64,000 bases of DNA from Balanoglossus misakiensis (taxonomy: Eukaryota; Animalia; Hemichordata). The translations under genes were made by a program, and so were the position numbers. Under the pieces are notes generated by a model, which was not told the origin of the DNA, searched no databases, and was given only the letters and a program-made list of their open reading frames with translations. The stretch covers positions 8,441,549 through 8,505,548 of the forward strand of contig CM082585.2 of NCBI GenBank assembly GCA_040954595.2, read 5' to 3'. Positions 1-38,100 of this stretch are shown piece after piece. Position 1 is the first letter of the stretch; every line of letters starts with the position of its first letter.

Positions 1-885
1 GAAGTAAATAATGCCAGAAAGGCAAGGTGCTAACATATTCATACTCGAATAAGTACATGTATATGCTTTTTCTTTGTACCTTATATCAATGCAAATTTCT
101 GTGAAACAGTGGTATGTTTTTAAAGCAATAGATTTATCAGTAAAACTGTTTTCTTAAAATCTGTAATTTTACTGAAGTAGACAGTAGAAAGAAAGTATTA
201 GTTGGGGAAGAATTTACATGGATAATTTTACAGTTGCTTGTAGAGACGTACTAACATTGAGATTTATATATGATTTTATGAAATAAACCAAATACATATA
301 GTGATATCTCTATTGTCTGTTTGTAATGTGCGGAGGGTCATGGGAAATTGTATGGTTTCCACAAGTTGTAACTACATACAGCAAACCGTGACTGCAAGTG
401 TTCTTTTCAAAACCATTCCTCACATAAAATTACAAAATCAGTACTTTTTCTATGATTCACTTGTGTTTCAAAACTTTTTCTGTGTCATTGCACCCACTGC
501 TCTGATGATATCTGCTTGGACTACTGCCAGAAATCCATGGAACTGCTTTTTATGACTCACGCTATAAGAAAACAAGACACGTCACAAGATTTGCGTGGTG
601 AAGAACAATTTTCTTAAATGAGTGACTAATTCTGAAGTCACTGCTACCAAACTTTAACATGACTCACCGGTGCAAAACACACCTGTAGGAATAATGGACT
701 TGCCCTCTGGCCTTTAACCCGACAGTCTTACGTCATTGTATCAGTGTGCGCAGGCGTAGAGGAATGAGAACGAGGCTCCAAACGTGGCGGCGATAATACT
801 GGCCGAGAATCCTGATTTTCCGAAGAGAAATTTTTGCGAGTTGGCATTGCAGAGCAACCGACGTGTTTAATTGGGACAGTTTTAA

Positions 886-20218
<19,333 letters not shown>

Positions 20219-23200
20219 GTTTACTCGGCAAGCTTGGCTGATCAGTTTGTAGTCTCTCGCAAGGCATTCCGACCTACCCCCACCACCCCTTACAGAAACA
20301 AGACAACAAAAATCATCACGTCGACTCCCCCTGCCTGCATAGTACCAGGGGCCGGTTTCATTACACTGATAGGGGTGGAAGGTTGTCTTCGACATGCCCT
20401 GCAGAGATAAATCTTGTGCCATCTCTGTAGTTTTTTGTATCCTGTTTGTAGCTAGAATTTCCTTCACCATAAAGTTCACCTAATTTTCCTGTATTTTTTT
20501 GAGCAACTGAGTCTGTACATGATTTCTCTGGGAACTGTCCTTTTTACGTTTACGTCGGAAAACATCAGTGTCTTCCATATCATTACAGTTTTTTCAAATT
20601 TTATTTTAGGAGCTTTAAAGAGATATAAAAAAACATTGTGAAAATTTAAAAAAAAGGGAAGAGAGAATTTTTGCACGGCACAAGTTTGGTCTCTGCAAAG
20701 AGTATTTTTATCATGGGATTGGGGTGAAACAGCCTGGGATGTATCTTGAGAGTTTTGGTCTTAAAATGAAACATTTTAGTGTAATTTGTGGCGCGGTTAA
20801 ATGCCAGCATTGTAATTTTGTGTGTTAAAGGTAATATTGATATAAATATGCAATATGATTGAAAAAAAAAGATCGTAAGACCAAGGGGAGACAATTTCAA
20901 ACTTTGTTTTGTATAAAAAACTTTTTTTGTGTAAAATTTGCATCATGCAAGTTGTAATATTGAATCAGCTGTGTAGATGTGACTGGTAAAAATTGATAGT
21001 GACTTGATATTTAAATTAGCATTGATTATTCTAGAGATTAGCTGGTATCGTTATGTAGATGACTAGGTGTTTAGGTGTACCGGTACATATTTGGTGATGA
21101 AGACAGTTTTACAAAATTTCTCAACCAAGCTGAAAAACACACACAAATAAACTGACCCACAAAGCGTAGTAGAGTCGATTTGCGCTGTTGTCCACCAGAT
21201 ATCAATTTTTTTCCAACCAGTACGCTTTGTTCTGAATTGAAAATTTGGACCTTTTTTTGGAGATGTGATTTTTCAACTTCAGTTTTACTCAACAAGAAAC
21301 CACCCACACTTTGTTAAACATCGAAGCTCACAAAGCTCTGGTTTTGAAATCAGAAACGCCGACATTCCGTTTAGAAGTGTAGCCACGTTTGCAGTCGAGC
21401 TGACATAAAAATCCTAATTTATAAGAAAGATATGAAATATATATTTAAAGAATTCTGATCTTGCTGCAGGAAAAGGCAGGACTGCTTGGCAGTCGTGAAG
21501 TCGAACTGCGGCAAGAACGATGCTACTGGGTCAAAGGTTGTAGGTGATTGGGTCAAGGGTCGTAGGTGGTGGGGTCATTGAACGACAGAACTAGCCTTTG
21601 AATGAGACTCGTGGGTGTAGTTACCACAGATTCCGATTTTTTGAGGATCTGAGGGTACAACTTTACTGGAGTTGGGTGGAGAATTGAAGTCTGCTTTTTG
21701 TACTTGTAGACATAGTGGGGACGATGTCTCTTTTTCGGTCATTGGCAATCGCAGAGACTTTATTTTAGACTTAAGATTTGGTTAACAAAAGAGAAAAAAG
21801 ATGTACTTTTTCTTGAAAAATGGCTTTTTCTGAACTTTTTGACTTATTGGTAGCCCTTTCAGTGAGCACCCATTGTATATCATGAACATCAAGTGTTAAT
21901 AGTGAGCGTGTCAGAATGAAAGTTATTTTCGCAGTCGTGCCAAAAAATCCTCGACTTTTTCATCATCACCGTCATCATCATGTATGTGTATTGGAACTTA
22001 TCAAAGGCATGGATTCATCCACAAACCTCTCTTGTCCGTTTTCAGATTTGAGAGAGAGATTCGAGAGTGTTTATCAGTGCAGGGAAAACCCGAGTCAAAT
22101 TCATATCATCCATCGTACCTACTGCCTTCAGAGAATACCCTTTAAAATATGATACACCTACAGATTCACTGTTTTACAATCATATATTAGTCCAGACTTA
22201 CCATGGCCACCACACTGCGACTGTAACACTTCCAATCTGGCCATGTCCTGTGGTTGGCACAATACTTACCAACTGTGGCACACTTATCATCTATCCATAC
22301 TGGCACACTTACCATTAGCACTTGATGTCAAGTAGATCGGTAATTCAACTTACCTAATATCAGTAGAACTTCAACTTATGCTAAGTATAAACAACAACTA
22401 CTTATTGGTGCTGTAAGGGTCTGAGGAATTTCAAAGGAAAATTGTTGGTGTTTTCTTTCGAATATTTATATTTTCACCTTGAATTCTTTTTTTTCTGCCA
22501 TGGTGATCTGTGCATGGCGGTGGTTTTTATTTTTGAGTTAGAGATTTGGATGGTGGTTGAGCAGATTTGGAAACGATCTTCGGGAGAACCCACTCTCTGC
22601 TTTGAAGATACGATTGTCACAGAAAAAATTCTCGATGCAAGTAAAGTGTTCCATTCTCATCACAGAGTTCAAATGTTTAACAGGAATCCTGTGTATAAGA
22701 ATAAATTCTGTGTACACTTTCGTTAATTGAAGGACAAATGAGATATGATTTCCCTCCAAGGGGATCAGTGTCCGATCTGATTGGCTTATTCAAAGCACTT
22801 CCACGTGTATATGCAAATGACCGAGCAGTGGTATATTTCATGCAAATACTGCCCACGGTCGGTATCAACCACTACAAGCTTCAAGCTCTACTTTGAGTGA
22901 ATAATTTAATTTTGCAATTTCCTAGTTCTTTGGCAATATCTCTCTCAGCATGGAGAAACTTCTCTTCGAGGTTTTATTTTGTTGGTTTTTCCTAAAGATA
23001 AGTGATGGGCCCTTAACCTGTATATTAAGTGTATGTACATGTATTCTTTATTGAACTCAATAATGTGCAAGAAGGCAGTCCAGTGTCAAGTATGGTCAAT
23101 TACTTGTGTGTATAGTTCTGAGAATAAATCACTATCTATTAAACATGTAATAACAGTTGTGTTGTCTGAATGTTCGCGTGTTTGGTGTCCAGTTGCTTGT

Positions 23201-23861
23201 TTTGTCAAAGCACAGTTGGATATCAGCAGAGAACAAATTATTTTTTTGCCCTTGAACAAGGACGTATCCAAGATGGCGGCTCTTGGGCCATATTGCCCAG
23301 CTGGATGGATGCATGTTCGATTGGGGAGCCTTTGGACGTGGTTACCTCATCAGGATTTGAAGTTCATCGGTGCCTGTACATGTAGCTGAGTGTCACCAAG
23401 CCTGTCGTCGTTTCCTGTTGTGCGTGGTCCCCTGTCACCGGTCTCTCCTACAGGTATGTCTTTATTTATAGTATTTTCTACAGAACCATGGCCTGACACA
23501 ATGAAGTTTAGATTCACCACAGCAGAACTTTTATTTTTTTGTGTAAAATTACACAACATTGCCAATATAATAAACATTACATGTGCTACTTCTGTAAAGA
23601 TTGAACCAGGTTTGTACAAGAATATTGTTCAAAAGAATGTTGTTTCATGCAGAACAGGCAAATTCTATACACAAAAGTTGTCTTCAATTACTATTTTACA
23701 AGTTTGGAACGTGGAATTAAAGAAAGTACTGACCCGACCAGATCATGCATGGTTGAAACCCTTGAAACAGGGTTGAAAGGATTATAGTTATAGTTATGAC
23801 TGCAGGTAGAGAAACGGCAGTGATCAATTAAATGTGAAAATGAAACCTACATTGACATCAA

Positions 23862-23961
23862 CAGTGTTTCATCCAGACAGGGCCCTGGGGTGACATGTTG
23901 GCACCCCATAGCAAAGGGGGACATACCCCCTCTTTTTGATACCATCCTGGATGGAACACTA
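23862..23961. mobile_element. Possible short non-autonomous DNA element with hAT-like terminal inverted repeats
   Basis: cagtgtttcatccag ... ctggatggaacact (13 of 14 bases complementary); no clear 8-bp target-site duplication seen. Confidence 0.35.
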
Positions 23962-25374
23962 TCGAATAGGTAACCAGGTTTCATTCAAATGTGACAAAGA
24001 TGCTTCCCAACATGCACTTCTGTAAATTACATGAACATTAAAACTTAACCAAAAGAATTTCAATTATATCAGTCCATCTAGAAAAAATCTGAAAATTCTA
24101 CAATAGATCAGACCACAAAACTGTCTGAATATATTTAAATATGAAGACATAGACATTCAAAAACACTAAATTGTTCTGGTAAAGAGTAAACATTCAACAA
24201 GTTTCAGTTAAATTGCAAAACAGTAAAATCTTAAATCGATGCAAAACCAGAAAAATATTTTCTGTTGGAGTATTATAGAATTCTATCGGTACTTTGCTGT
24301 TCCCGTTGATAGGGCAGTGCTTTTTGTGAAGGACAGTGAATTTGCCATCTCTCTCCATACCATCATAGTAGAGGCAGAAGCAATGTGTTATTGTAATTTG
24401 TAGTCTAAAAACCATGCATCTAATCTTAAACTGGTATCAGAGGCCAGGAAATGTCAGATTTTCCTGCTTTGCTGGGGTGGGGTTTGTTTTAATAATAGAC
24501 AGGTTTTAGAGTCAAATGTATCACTATAGCCCCCGCAATGGATGGGCTGTGACTGTAATTCCTCTCTTTAGGTAAATCATAAAGTCATGGTCATTATTGT
24601 ATTCTAACTCTACGCATGCAAATGCTGTTTACAATGGAGTTGTATGTGTGTAGGGTCTCTTCTATATGTAACTGTCTCTGACCGCAAAATAGGTGATAGT
24701 CGTAAAATATCACTGTTGTGGATTTCCTCTTAACAGTTTGGTATCTACACCTGGCTAGTGAATTACTGAAATGTTTATTAAGTACATACCAGTATTAAAA
24801 AAAAAATTGGAACTAGTCCGACTCAAGATGTTACAGCGCCCTCTATTGTAATTCCCGGGGCTACTTTCCTGCCTGTTCTAGTTACATGCATTCTCTATGA
24901 ACATTTTGAGTTGATCATAAACGGGGTATCAAAACTTTTCAGTTAAGTTTTTAAACAACACATAAAATCAAATTTTTTGCAACTGTTGCCCTTGGCAACT
25001 TGAAGTCTTCTCTTGAATAGGTCTGATTTCTCAGAGAAATTTCAATGAGATTCAGAATAGATTGAAGAAAGTTTTACACATGCTACATAAAATTTGATGG
25101 GCATGGCACAAACCAACTAACTTAAAGGCTCCATGGTATGCTTTGTATTAAAATTTACAACATAAATATTGAATTCATAAGTTTTTGTGAAAAAAGTACC
25201 AACAATTTCATATAAATCTGCATATTATGTCACATCACAGGACATTTATCACCAGACCTATGTGTGTTTTGAACGATATTTTCAATTATCAAGAATGACA
25301 TTTGTGGTAATCTGTTGTGTGAAAGATGGCAAAAAAAAGCAACACTGGTATCTTTTGGTCGACTGCGATCCTCC

Positions 25375-29596
<4,222 letters not shown>

Positions 29597-30551
29597 CTTG
29601 ACGACAATGACTCTAGACTAGTGGACTTGATATCAGATGATGATCGACTCTGCCAAAAACAAAACAAAACATTTAATTTTTTTGTTCACTTTTCCATGTT
29701 TTTTTTAAATGGAAACATATTGGCAAGTGTACATATTGCAGTCCCAGTATAATACTGAGACAACTGCAATGAATTATGCATGCATGGCAATATGGCAGCA
29801 ATCCAAAAGCCAGAGTTGCAGCAGCAGGACCCTGAAAATCATGTGATCCAGGAGTCAAGACCTGACTTCACCCCCAAAGATAACTTCTCATTCCTAGCTG
29901 GGTTCTGGAAAGGTTATCAATATTTTGGATCTACTCGTACGATCAGGTTATCAGCAAAATTTACATGTTATCAGCCTGGGCTCTGATATAACACGTTTGG
30001 TAGCTTGCAAAATACATGTACATGACTATCGCATACCTATTACCTGGGCCCAGCCAGAGCCGTGATATAACGTGTTTCGTAGCTTGGAAAATGCCTGGCT
30101 ATCGCAAACCCATACACACAGATTACACATGTACCTTCGGAGGATCAACCCACAATAATAGGCCTACTTACTTAGGCATAAACCGGCACGCGTCGACTAC
30201 TGCATGTTCTACAGAAATTGTACCTTGAAGCAGTCACATGATCACAGTACAAACAAATAAATACAGGCCGGGTGAGCAGGGACTGAAACATGTGATACAA
30301 GAATGCATACATTTCACAGGGTGTTTTACATACGTGGTGTTAGACTTTGAGTCTAGTACCAAGGGGCGTCCAAATTCCAGGTTTTTACCATGTCCAAATG
30401 GATTCGCCTTTTTCTCTCATTTTACATAATTTTAGCAGCTTCAATTATCAGTATAGACAGGTTTCTAATCAATATACCTAAATGGCAATGCTGGAAGCTA
30501 TAGTAATTGGACATAATTTCTTCAATATGAAGAACGTTAGCAAAAATTTAC

Positions 30552-30680
30552 CAAAACCCTGACAATTACACATAAAAGAAACAGATCAAAACACACTTCT
30601 CCTTGAGCCTTGACCCTTTATATTTACAGAAATAATTCCGCGCTCAGGGATTCTACAGCTCTGCTCCGCCATCTTTGATT
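30552..30680 (-). promoter_or_regulatory. Probable non-coding first exon / TSS region of ACSL3/4
   Basis: YY1-type AAGATGGCGG on the minus strand (~30665-30674), candidate donor G|gtaaat near 30552, and an acceptor ttttggcag| at 29650 just upstream of the ATG. Inference. Confidence 0.4.
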
Positions 30681-33600
30681 ATGTTGAAAGCCATTAGAAA
30701 ACGTGAGTTTTGCATAATAGCTTGCTAATTTCAATATGGCTTTGTTGTTCTGTTATGAGTGATGGATGATGCTGAAGAAACTGAGGGTCTTCTTGGAATC
30801 TCCGTCTGTATCATCATTTCTGCCGGAAAACGTCAACATTGATGATTCACACAACAAAACATGCATCAGAGGAAAACATTATATCTTTGCCTACCTCGTG
30901 ACAAATTGTCAACATTACACAACTCGCAGATGTGGGTCTAACATTTATGAATCTTGTGATAAAAAAAACACACAAGAAATCCAGGCAAGAGCCCTGCCTA
31001 CAGTCAACTTCGTTTGGCGTGTGCGGCTTCTGATATTGCCACACCCCCAATACTACTACATGTCGTATGTACTAGCATTCTAGTATTTCACTCACATCAA
31101 CTGAGATGCCCTCGACTAATGAATTTCAGGGTGATACACAGTTCAAGGTTTCTCTGCACAGTGCAGTGTGTCGTGCCATCTTTACTGCTCATATAAATTT
31201 GACTCTTTATTTTAGCAATTGGACCAAAATTTCAGACGACCCTAAATCTTGGTCTGACCTTCTGCATTCAGTAGCTCTGACATCAAGAACATAAATTTGA
31301 ACTGCACTTCTTTCAGCTGACATTTACGAGCACAGTGACTTTAGATTTTATCATCGACCTCTCAGGAAAACCATTTTGTGGACCTCGATGATGATGATGC
31401 ACATGGATGCACATCAAATCGATTCCATTGGAAGGACAGGTTGTTGAAGATTACAAGTGGCTAGATGAATATCGTGATGTTTGAAATTTGTGATGAAAAT
31501 ACTCGTTTTAGTACGAAAAATAGTGCAGGAGGTACAACAATGGCTGGCTATTTCCTTGGGAGCAAAACGACCTCTGCTGTGATTTAAATGTAAAAAGAGT
31601 TGATGTAATTAAAATGTAGTACCAGAAATTATATGCCGCCAGTTCAATAGAACTATGTGCTATTTTTAGTTTAATTATACCATATGTAGATCAATATCTA
31701 CTATTTCTTTACCAAAATTCATCTTCTTTTCTGCATAAATTTTTATTTCCTTAAATAGCATACCATTACATGCATTTTTATTTGATATTACCCACTAAAA
31801 GAAAAATTAGGATTTATCCGGTTGACATTCTGAGTTAACTGAGAAGATGTCATTGGAAGAGGCTTATTAATTTACATTTGTATGTATCGAGAACAGACTT
31901 GACTTTTACTAGTATTATGTAACTGTCTGGTCTGGACATTGTCAATAGCACAGTAATTTTCCATAACAAGTCACAGGGGTATTAAATGTTTGCTATACTA
32001 AAATTTATCAGATTTGACCCCAAGCAACAATAATATAATATTGATATTTTCATAATTTTACCTATTAAAGTGAAAATAGCAGCTGGAGTGATTTCAAAAC
32101 AAACCCAGTAGGAATTCAGAATGAGAAAGTAGATGCACTTTAGATGCACTGTGCTATAATTATCATCACCAAAATACCATGTCATGTGGTATGCAAAAAC
32201 AAGCAGTCTATTTTTTGCCACGCAGCTTGACAACATTTTTTGCTGCCCAAGATCCATGGCAGGTTTTAATCTTTAATGCCGAAGTGAAGATACAGAGACA
32301 GCAGGCAAATACCCAGGTAACAGCCCCGTCATTTGCATAATTGACCTTTGCCCTTTCACTTGATTTGTACAAACCGGTGGCATGTTCATAATCCGACTTA
32401 TCACGCTATAAAGTCGCATCGTATTCTTGCTTCGAAATGAAAACATTCTTTTTGAACCCAGAAAAACAAATTGATAAAAAAAATTTAAAGAAAATATTCT
32501 TCTAATAGTTCTTTTTTAAATTGTATACCTATAATCATGTTGCGTGTTTCCCAATTAGGGATTATACCTGACTGACCATAGTTACAGTAGTTGACCTTTG
32601 ACTTGCAAAGACCAGCATATATCTTTCGTGATAGCAACCACTTTGTGAAATAGCTCAATGATGATTTTTTAATATACATCAATGGGACAAATATTAAAGG
32701 ACATAGTACGGTATCAAACTGCAGTACTTCTATAAAGTTTATATTCCCCAAGATAACATGGTGAAATTGATGGCTTTGAGCGTGGTGTCTTTCAGCAACC
32801 ATCAAACCTCACAGAGAGTTCAATAAAATCTCGTCATTCTGTGTACTACAGTCTTGGCCGGTTGTTTTTTTCCATTGTTGGTCACCGACACAATCCTTAC
32901 ATGTAAATGTGGCCACTCCGATTCCCAGCAAAGGATAGGGTCAAGTCCTCACTATTGAAGACAATGGGAATACGTTCATAATAAACTGGAAGTTGTAAAC
33001 GTCGTTTACGGCACAGGTTGGCAAAAACAACTTGTTGACTGCAAAGGTACCACTGGAGGAAAGTCACTACCCAATGTTTTGTTGTATATTTAATTTAATG
33101 ATAAAAATACCAGATACAGCAAATATGGTAATCAGTATGCGTTCATTTCGATGTACATGTGGTGTTTGATATTGTACACTAAGAACATATTAATCCGTTA
33201 TGCTGTGGTTATCAAGTACAATAACACGGACAAAAATCAATCCTCCTACAAATTCAATATAGTGATTAAAGCTAAAACTGCATATCTTTTCAGGGTGATC
33301 TCGCATGGCCGAAATCACCCAGGGTTACGGTAAACAATCAAATCTATCCGTTTGGCAACACAAATTTGTAAACTAATAGTAAAAATCGTCATCGGCAAGT
33401 TTTTTTTCATAACCTTGAAACTTTTCATTGACTTTCTAACAGAAGAAGTTTTTGGAAGGACTTTCTTTAGTTATCATGTTAAAAAACACCTTGAGATTGA
33501 ACGTGGCCTCGCGCAAATCGGCGGTTCGTGAACGATAATGTTCTCGCTCATGAAATGGACATAACACTGTCATTTATTCCCCGGGACACAGTCATCTTGC

Positions 33601-34663
33601 CAAAACTGAGGACGTGTCATCCGATCGCACCACTGACGTGTCCTGCGACTGCCGTGAATGCGTAGGAACAGGTGACGATGACGACATTGTAATATCATTC
33701 ACGCGATCAAAGAAAGTGTTTATAATATTCAAACAGTCATCCGAGGTCAACGCACGTCACGCGTTCAAAACCATAACATCACATAATGATGAAATGAACA
33801 TTGGGCATGTTTTTCATTTTTTCAATGGAAAAAAAAGTAGCAGAAAACTGTGTACGGACTGATCAATGTATGCTGCACATTACCCGATTTGATCTAATGT
33901 TCGTACATCATCCGTTTTAACCGGCACGATTGTAGTACGCCTCTTTTTTCGCCCCACGTGTGGATGATCATTGCATGATGAGCACATAGTATATAATTAT
34001 TTACAAAATGGTCACGATCTATCATTATATTAAAATGTTTTATACTAAAATATGTGATCGGATGATTTGACACTGCGAACTTACCTTTATTCGATGTCGT
34101 AGCTTTGTGATCGTCTCGTGTGTCAGATGTTTTGCCTATAAAAAATACTACACTGCTGTCCTCGAGCCGTAGCCGGATAGATGATGTGTACGTTTCGTGT
34201 GATTCACACGACCTTGCAGTTTCGAGGTAATGATATGTAAATGTATGATTCCGCACAAAAAAGTAGTCCGTTTACTGTTAGTGTGATTTCTTAATAAAGT
34301 TATTTGACTGTTTATATTTTTATTCCGTGTAATATTTCGTCAGTGTCACCTGACTCACCACTTTTACAGAAAAATAACGCCAAAGACACACTGTGCTCCG
34401 ATTTATATCAGAATTCATTCAAAAGTGACTAATGGTTGGATTCATACTGATCAATCTGACCTTCCTGAATGACCAACATAGACACCTTTTATGAGATAAA
34501 ATATTTATTTTTTTCACCATATTGTTGGTATATCGTAATGACACGCTTGGAGCCCCACAAACGAGTGGCTTCTGAGAAAAAAATAAAACAAAATAAAAAT
34601 TGTCAAAAAAACATTATTGGCATTTTTAACATAAGTTTTGCATCATAATAATCAGCGGATGTG

Positions 34664-34794
34664 CATACATACATACATACATACATACATACATACATAC
34701 ATACATACATACATACATACATACATACATACATACATACATACATACATACATACATACAGACATACAGACAGACAGACAGACAGACAGACAG
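34664..34794. repeat. (CATA)n-(CAGA)n compound microsatellite
   Basis: About 24 perfect CATA units then CAGA units, followed by a GC-rich hairpin-like tail (cccgg...ccggg). Confidence 0.95.
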
Positions 34795-35104
34795 AGAAAA
34801 GCCCCCGGCCCCAACGCACCGGGAGTAAAGCGCGGATGAATACACTTCACATGCCTCATGAATATGTATCAACAGATTTTCCCGCCGTGACGTCGGAATA
34901 ATTTATCGCGAAAGAAGGTCAAATGGGTCATGACCTCTTTGCTGAAGTTCATACGTATCTTATGCATCTCGGAGTATCTCGCGCCATGATTTGGTCGAAT
35001 AGACTCACGATTTGATTTTTCATCCCAGTCGATGTCAGAACCGAAATATTGAGAGCAAGATATCGCTGAATTTCCCTAGTATTTATTTGTTCCTTACACG
35101 TGGT

Positions 35105-35141
35105 CGGTCACTTCCGGTTACTCTGGTAACAAATATGGCGG
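35105..35141 (+). promoter_or_regulatory. WDR73 proximal promoter / start region
   Basis: ETS-type CACTTCCGG at ~35109-35117 and YY1-like AATATGGCGG overlapping the ATG, typical of housekeeping promoters. Confidence 0.45.
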
Positions 35142-38100
35142 AAAGTTTGAAAGGCTCTTGCAGTTTCGACGACGAGTGTTTCGACGATTGGATGATCAAA
35201 TCAATGAAAAGGTGAGAAATGATGCTTCCCCTTGTAAGGGGCGTTTATTCAGTTCAATTTTTACGGCGGAGGGGAGCAGAAGGGCGGCAAAATCCAGGGG
35301 GGCGTGGTCGAAACAGTGAAGGGGGTGTGTCACATTATTACATAATACATTTTCAGCACGACGGCAGTGTCTATATTCTCTCAAAAAGTCCCATAATCGG
35401 ACACCTGTCGTCGGTGTTGATCATATACAATCACTTCGGCAGTTGCCCAAATCCATATATTATATGTTTGTTTACATTTATGCTGTCTTTCTCGACTCCA
35501 AATGCTTGTAAGCCCCCTCTCTGAGCTCTGTGTCGTCTGCTGTTGTGACAATATGGTGGCTGCAGCCAGCTGCAGTTCAGTAGCTCTAGGTTTTGCTTGT
35601 GTCGCAAACACAAACAAATAGCGCAAATGAACTGCAGCCAGACAGGGTGGCGGCTTGGTTGTCGACATTATGTACTTGTAGTGTGTTGTGTTTATTGCCT
35701 TTCTTTCCCGGGTTGACCGAGAGTCAACCCAAATGTATGTATAGCTATGGTAACGCAGCTGTACCGTGGTGTGTGTGTATGTGTGTGTGTGTGGGGGGGG
35801 GGGGGCTGATTACACCCCCACACGGTATAGCACAGTAAAGCTGCGTTACCACAGCTACTAACTGTACATACAGTATTTATTAGGATATTCACTAACAAAC
35901 AGGTGTAGATTTCAAACTTCCAGAATAATATCATGACGAACTAAATGTGTCATTTTCAGACACAGATGGGGACTCATATTGACACAGATATCTTCCCAAG
36001 ATGTTTACAAGTGTAAACTCTTGTAATAAAACACCTCTGTACAAAACATTCAATTTTCAACATCAGGTTTCTTAAAATTTACTTTTATTTTATTTTTCAG
36101 AAAATAACAAAAAATTAAGTACTGTACTCTACAGTATCATTACTCTACAATTTAAGTATTTCTAAGTACAGCATCATTACTCTACAGTTCAAATATTTCT
36201 TGAAGTCAGTGATCAATTCAATCCAATAATAACTTGATTCACTGATGTTACAAACAAAACAAAACAAAATATGACATTTTCATAAAGTGTGTTCAGGGTC
36301 CGTTGGAAATTCAACGATACAGTGTCAGGTCTAGTTGTCACCTTCTTCCATATCAGACATCTTCAATTCTCCGTCATGTACATGCAGGGTGAAGTGCACC
36401 TTGCCTTCGAGGCTGCCTTTCTTCAGATTAATGTTAGCGGCCCATGCTTTGCAGACGATCTTGACGGGCACGTTCTGACTGAGCGTTGGGAACTGCAGCG
36501 CCACCAGTGGTGTCTGGAAAGGGATGTTGGCCTCCTCTTCATCGTCGATGTAAGGGAAATATTCCGCTCCGAGGCCGTGTGCCGGATGGTAGCGAACCTT
36601 TCCCATGTCGATTTCTTCCTCATTTGTCTGTTGGAGAAAAAAATCCAAGTTCATAAAATTTGCCGGTTGAAAAGGTTGATTGAAAGCTTCTAAATGTTCT
36701 TGGTGTCATTTGAAATGTAAACAAGTTTAGGTTTTTACCATTTCTGTCAATTAAGCTACTAGTATTATTAATCAATTTTGCAATAGTTCACTTTGCAATA
36801 ATTAATTTTGCAATATAGTGTTATAATTCAACTTTGCAATAATTCAGCTGTGCAGTAACTTAAGTTTGCTATAATTCAACAGGCAGCAATATTATAACTC
36901 ACTAAAATGCAATAATTCAACCTTGAAATGATTCAACTTTGCAATCTTTGAAGTTAACTTACCTTGGCATGGCAGGTGATTGTAACGTAGTTTGGATCAT
37001 AGATATCCTTGATTTCTTCTGGAACTTCCTCCGGTGCAAAGGGCTGTGGCTTCCAGCCGTCAACCTACAGTGTTGGAGCAACAATGTTTGTTTCACACGG
37101 ATTACTAGGAATTTCTCTGAGTCAGCCCTATACCTTTGCAAGAAGTGTGGATAATTTTCTTGAGTCACTAGTGAGTTTGTCATACTCTTACCTTCTCCAA
37201 TGAGATGTAAAGGCAGGGTTTGCCCTCCTGGTAGCCGTAGCCAGGTGTTGAGCAGTGTTCACCTAAGTTGCTGATTGGATAATGGCAGAGGCGTCCTTCT
37301 TCCTCATCTGGGCATACACCAGGTGGACAGGTGTCGTATGGGGAGATTTCATTGTCATCCATGTACACTAAAGTAAAAAATATGAGATGCAGATTTCTAA
37401 AATGAAAACTTACAAAATTGCGCCAAAGCAGTTCATCTCTTTTAATTTTCGTGTTTTCGTTTGTATCTGCATATTTTACACTGGCTTGTGACTCTGAAAT
37501 GCTTGTTATAGAGAATCGCATGTACATTTCACAGAATTTTCTGTGGTACGTTGTTTTCATATTGCACAATGTGACTTGGAAAAGCTACACGTTGACAGAC
37601 GTATGGAGGAGTTGGCATATGTAGGCCAGGCATGCATAGCAATCTTCATGGTAATTTATAACTTGTTTGCCATTCTCTCTGGTGCAGGGTAGTAGATCTA
37701 GGCTAATTGACTTCATTGGGATTCAGAGCTGCTCTGCGCAGCTGCAGAGAAAAAAACCATGCCACCTCGAGAAAAGTTTGTTGACATCGTCAAGGGAAGG
37801 AAATCAATATAGATCTAGGTCGACTAGGCAATAAGAATGGGCATTTTTGAATAGCGGCAAATCACGCTCACATGACAGAATGCTTATTTTTAGCACCAGA
37901 TGTAAATACTCACTGTTCAGGAGGTTGTCGATGTGGTGTGTGTATCCACTGTGGCTCTCCTCGTTTTGGGGATTGAAATGGATTAATCCAAGAGCATTCG
38001 GACTGGGGTGCACTGTCAAACCTGGAATGTGATTGAAAATGCAAAGCACATAAATACACTCTGTTTTAATATTACATTCTAAAATCAAACAGCGGGCTTA

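Noticed and set aside
30740-34350. Unannotated gene between ACSL3/4 and WDR73
   Set aside because: Only short ORFs without motifs; I could not build a spliced model.
34603-34901. ORFs with MYVC/HTYI repeats (also 15876-16234)
   Set aside because: These are translations of CATA/CA microsatellites.
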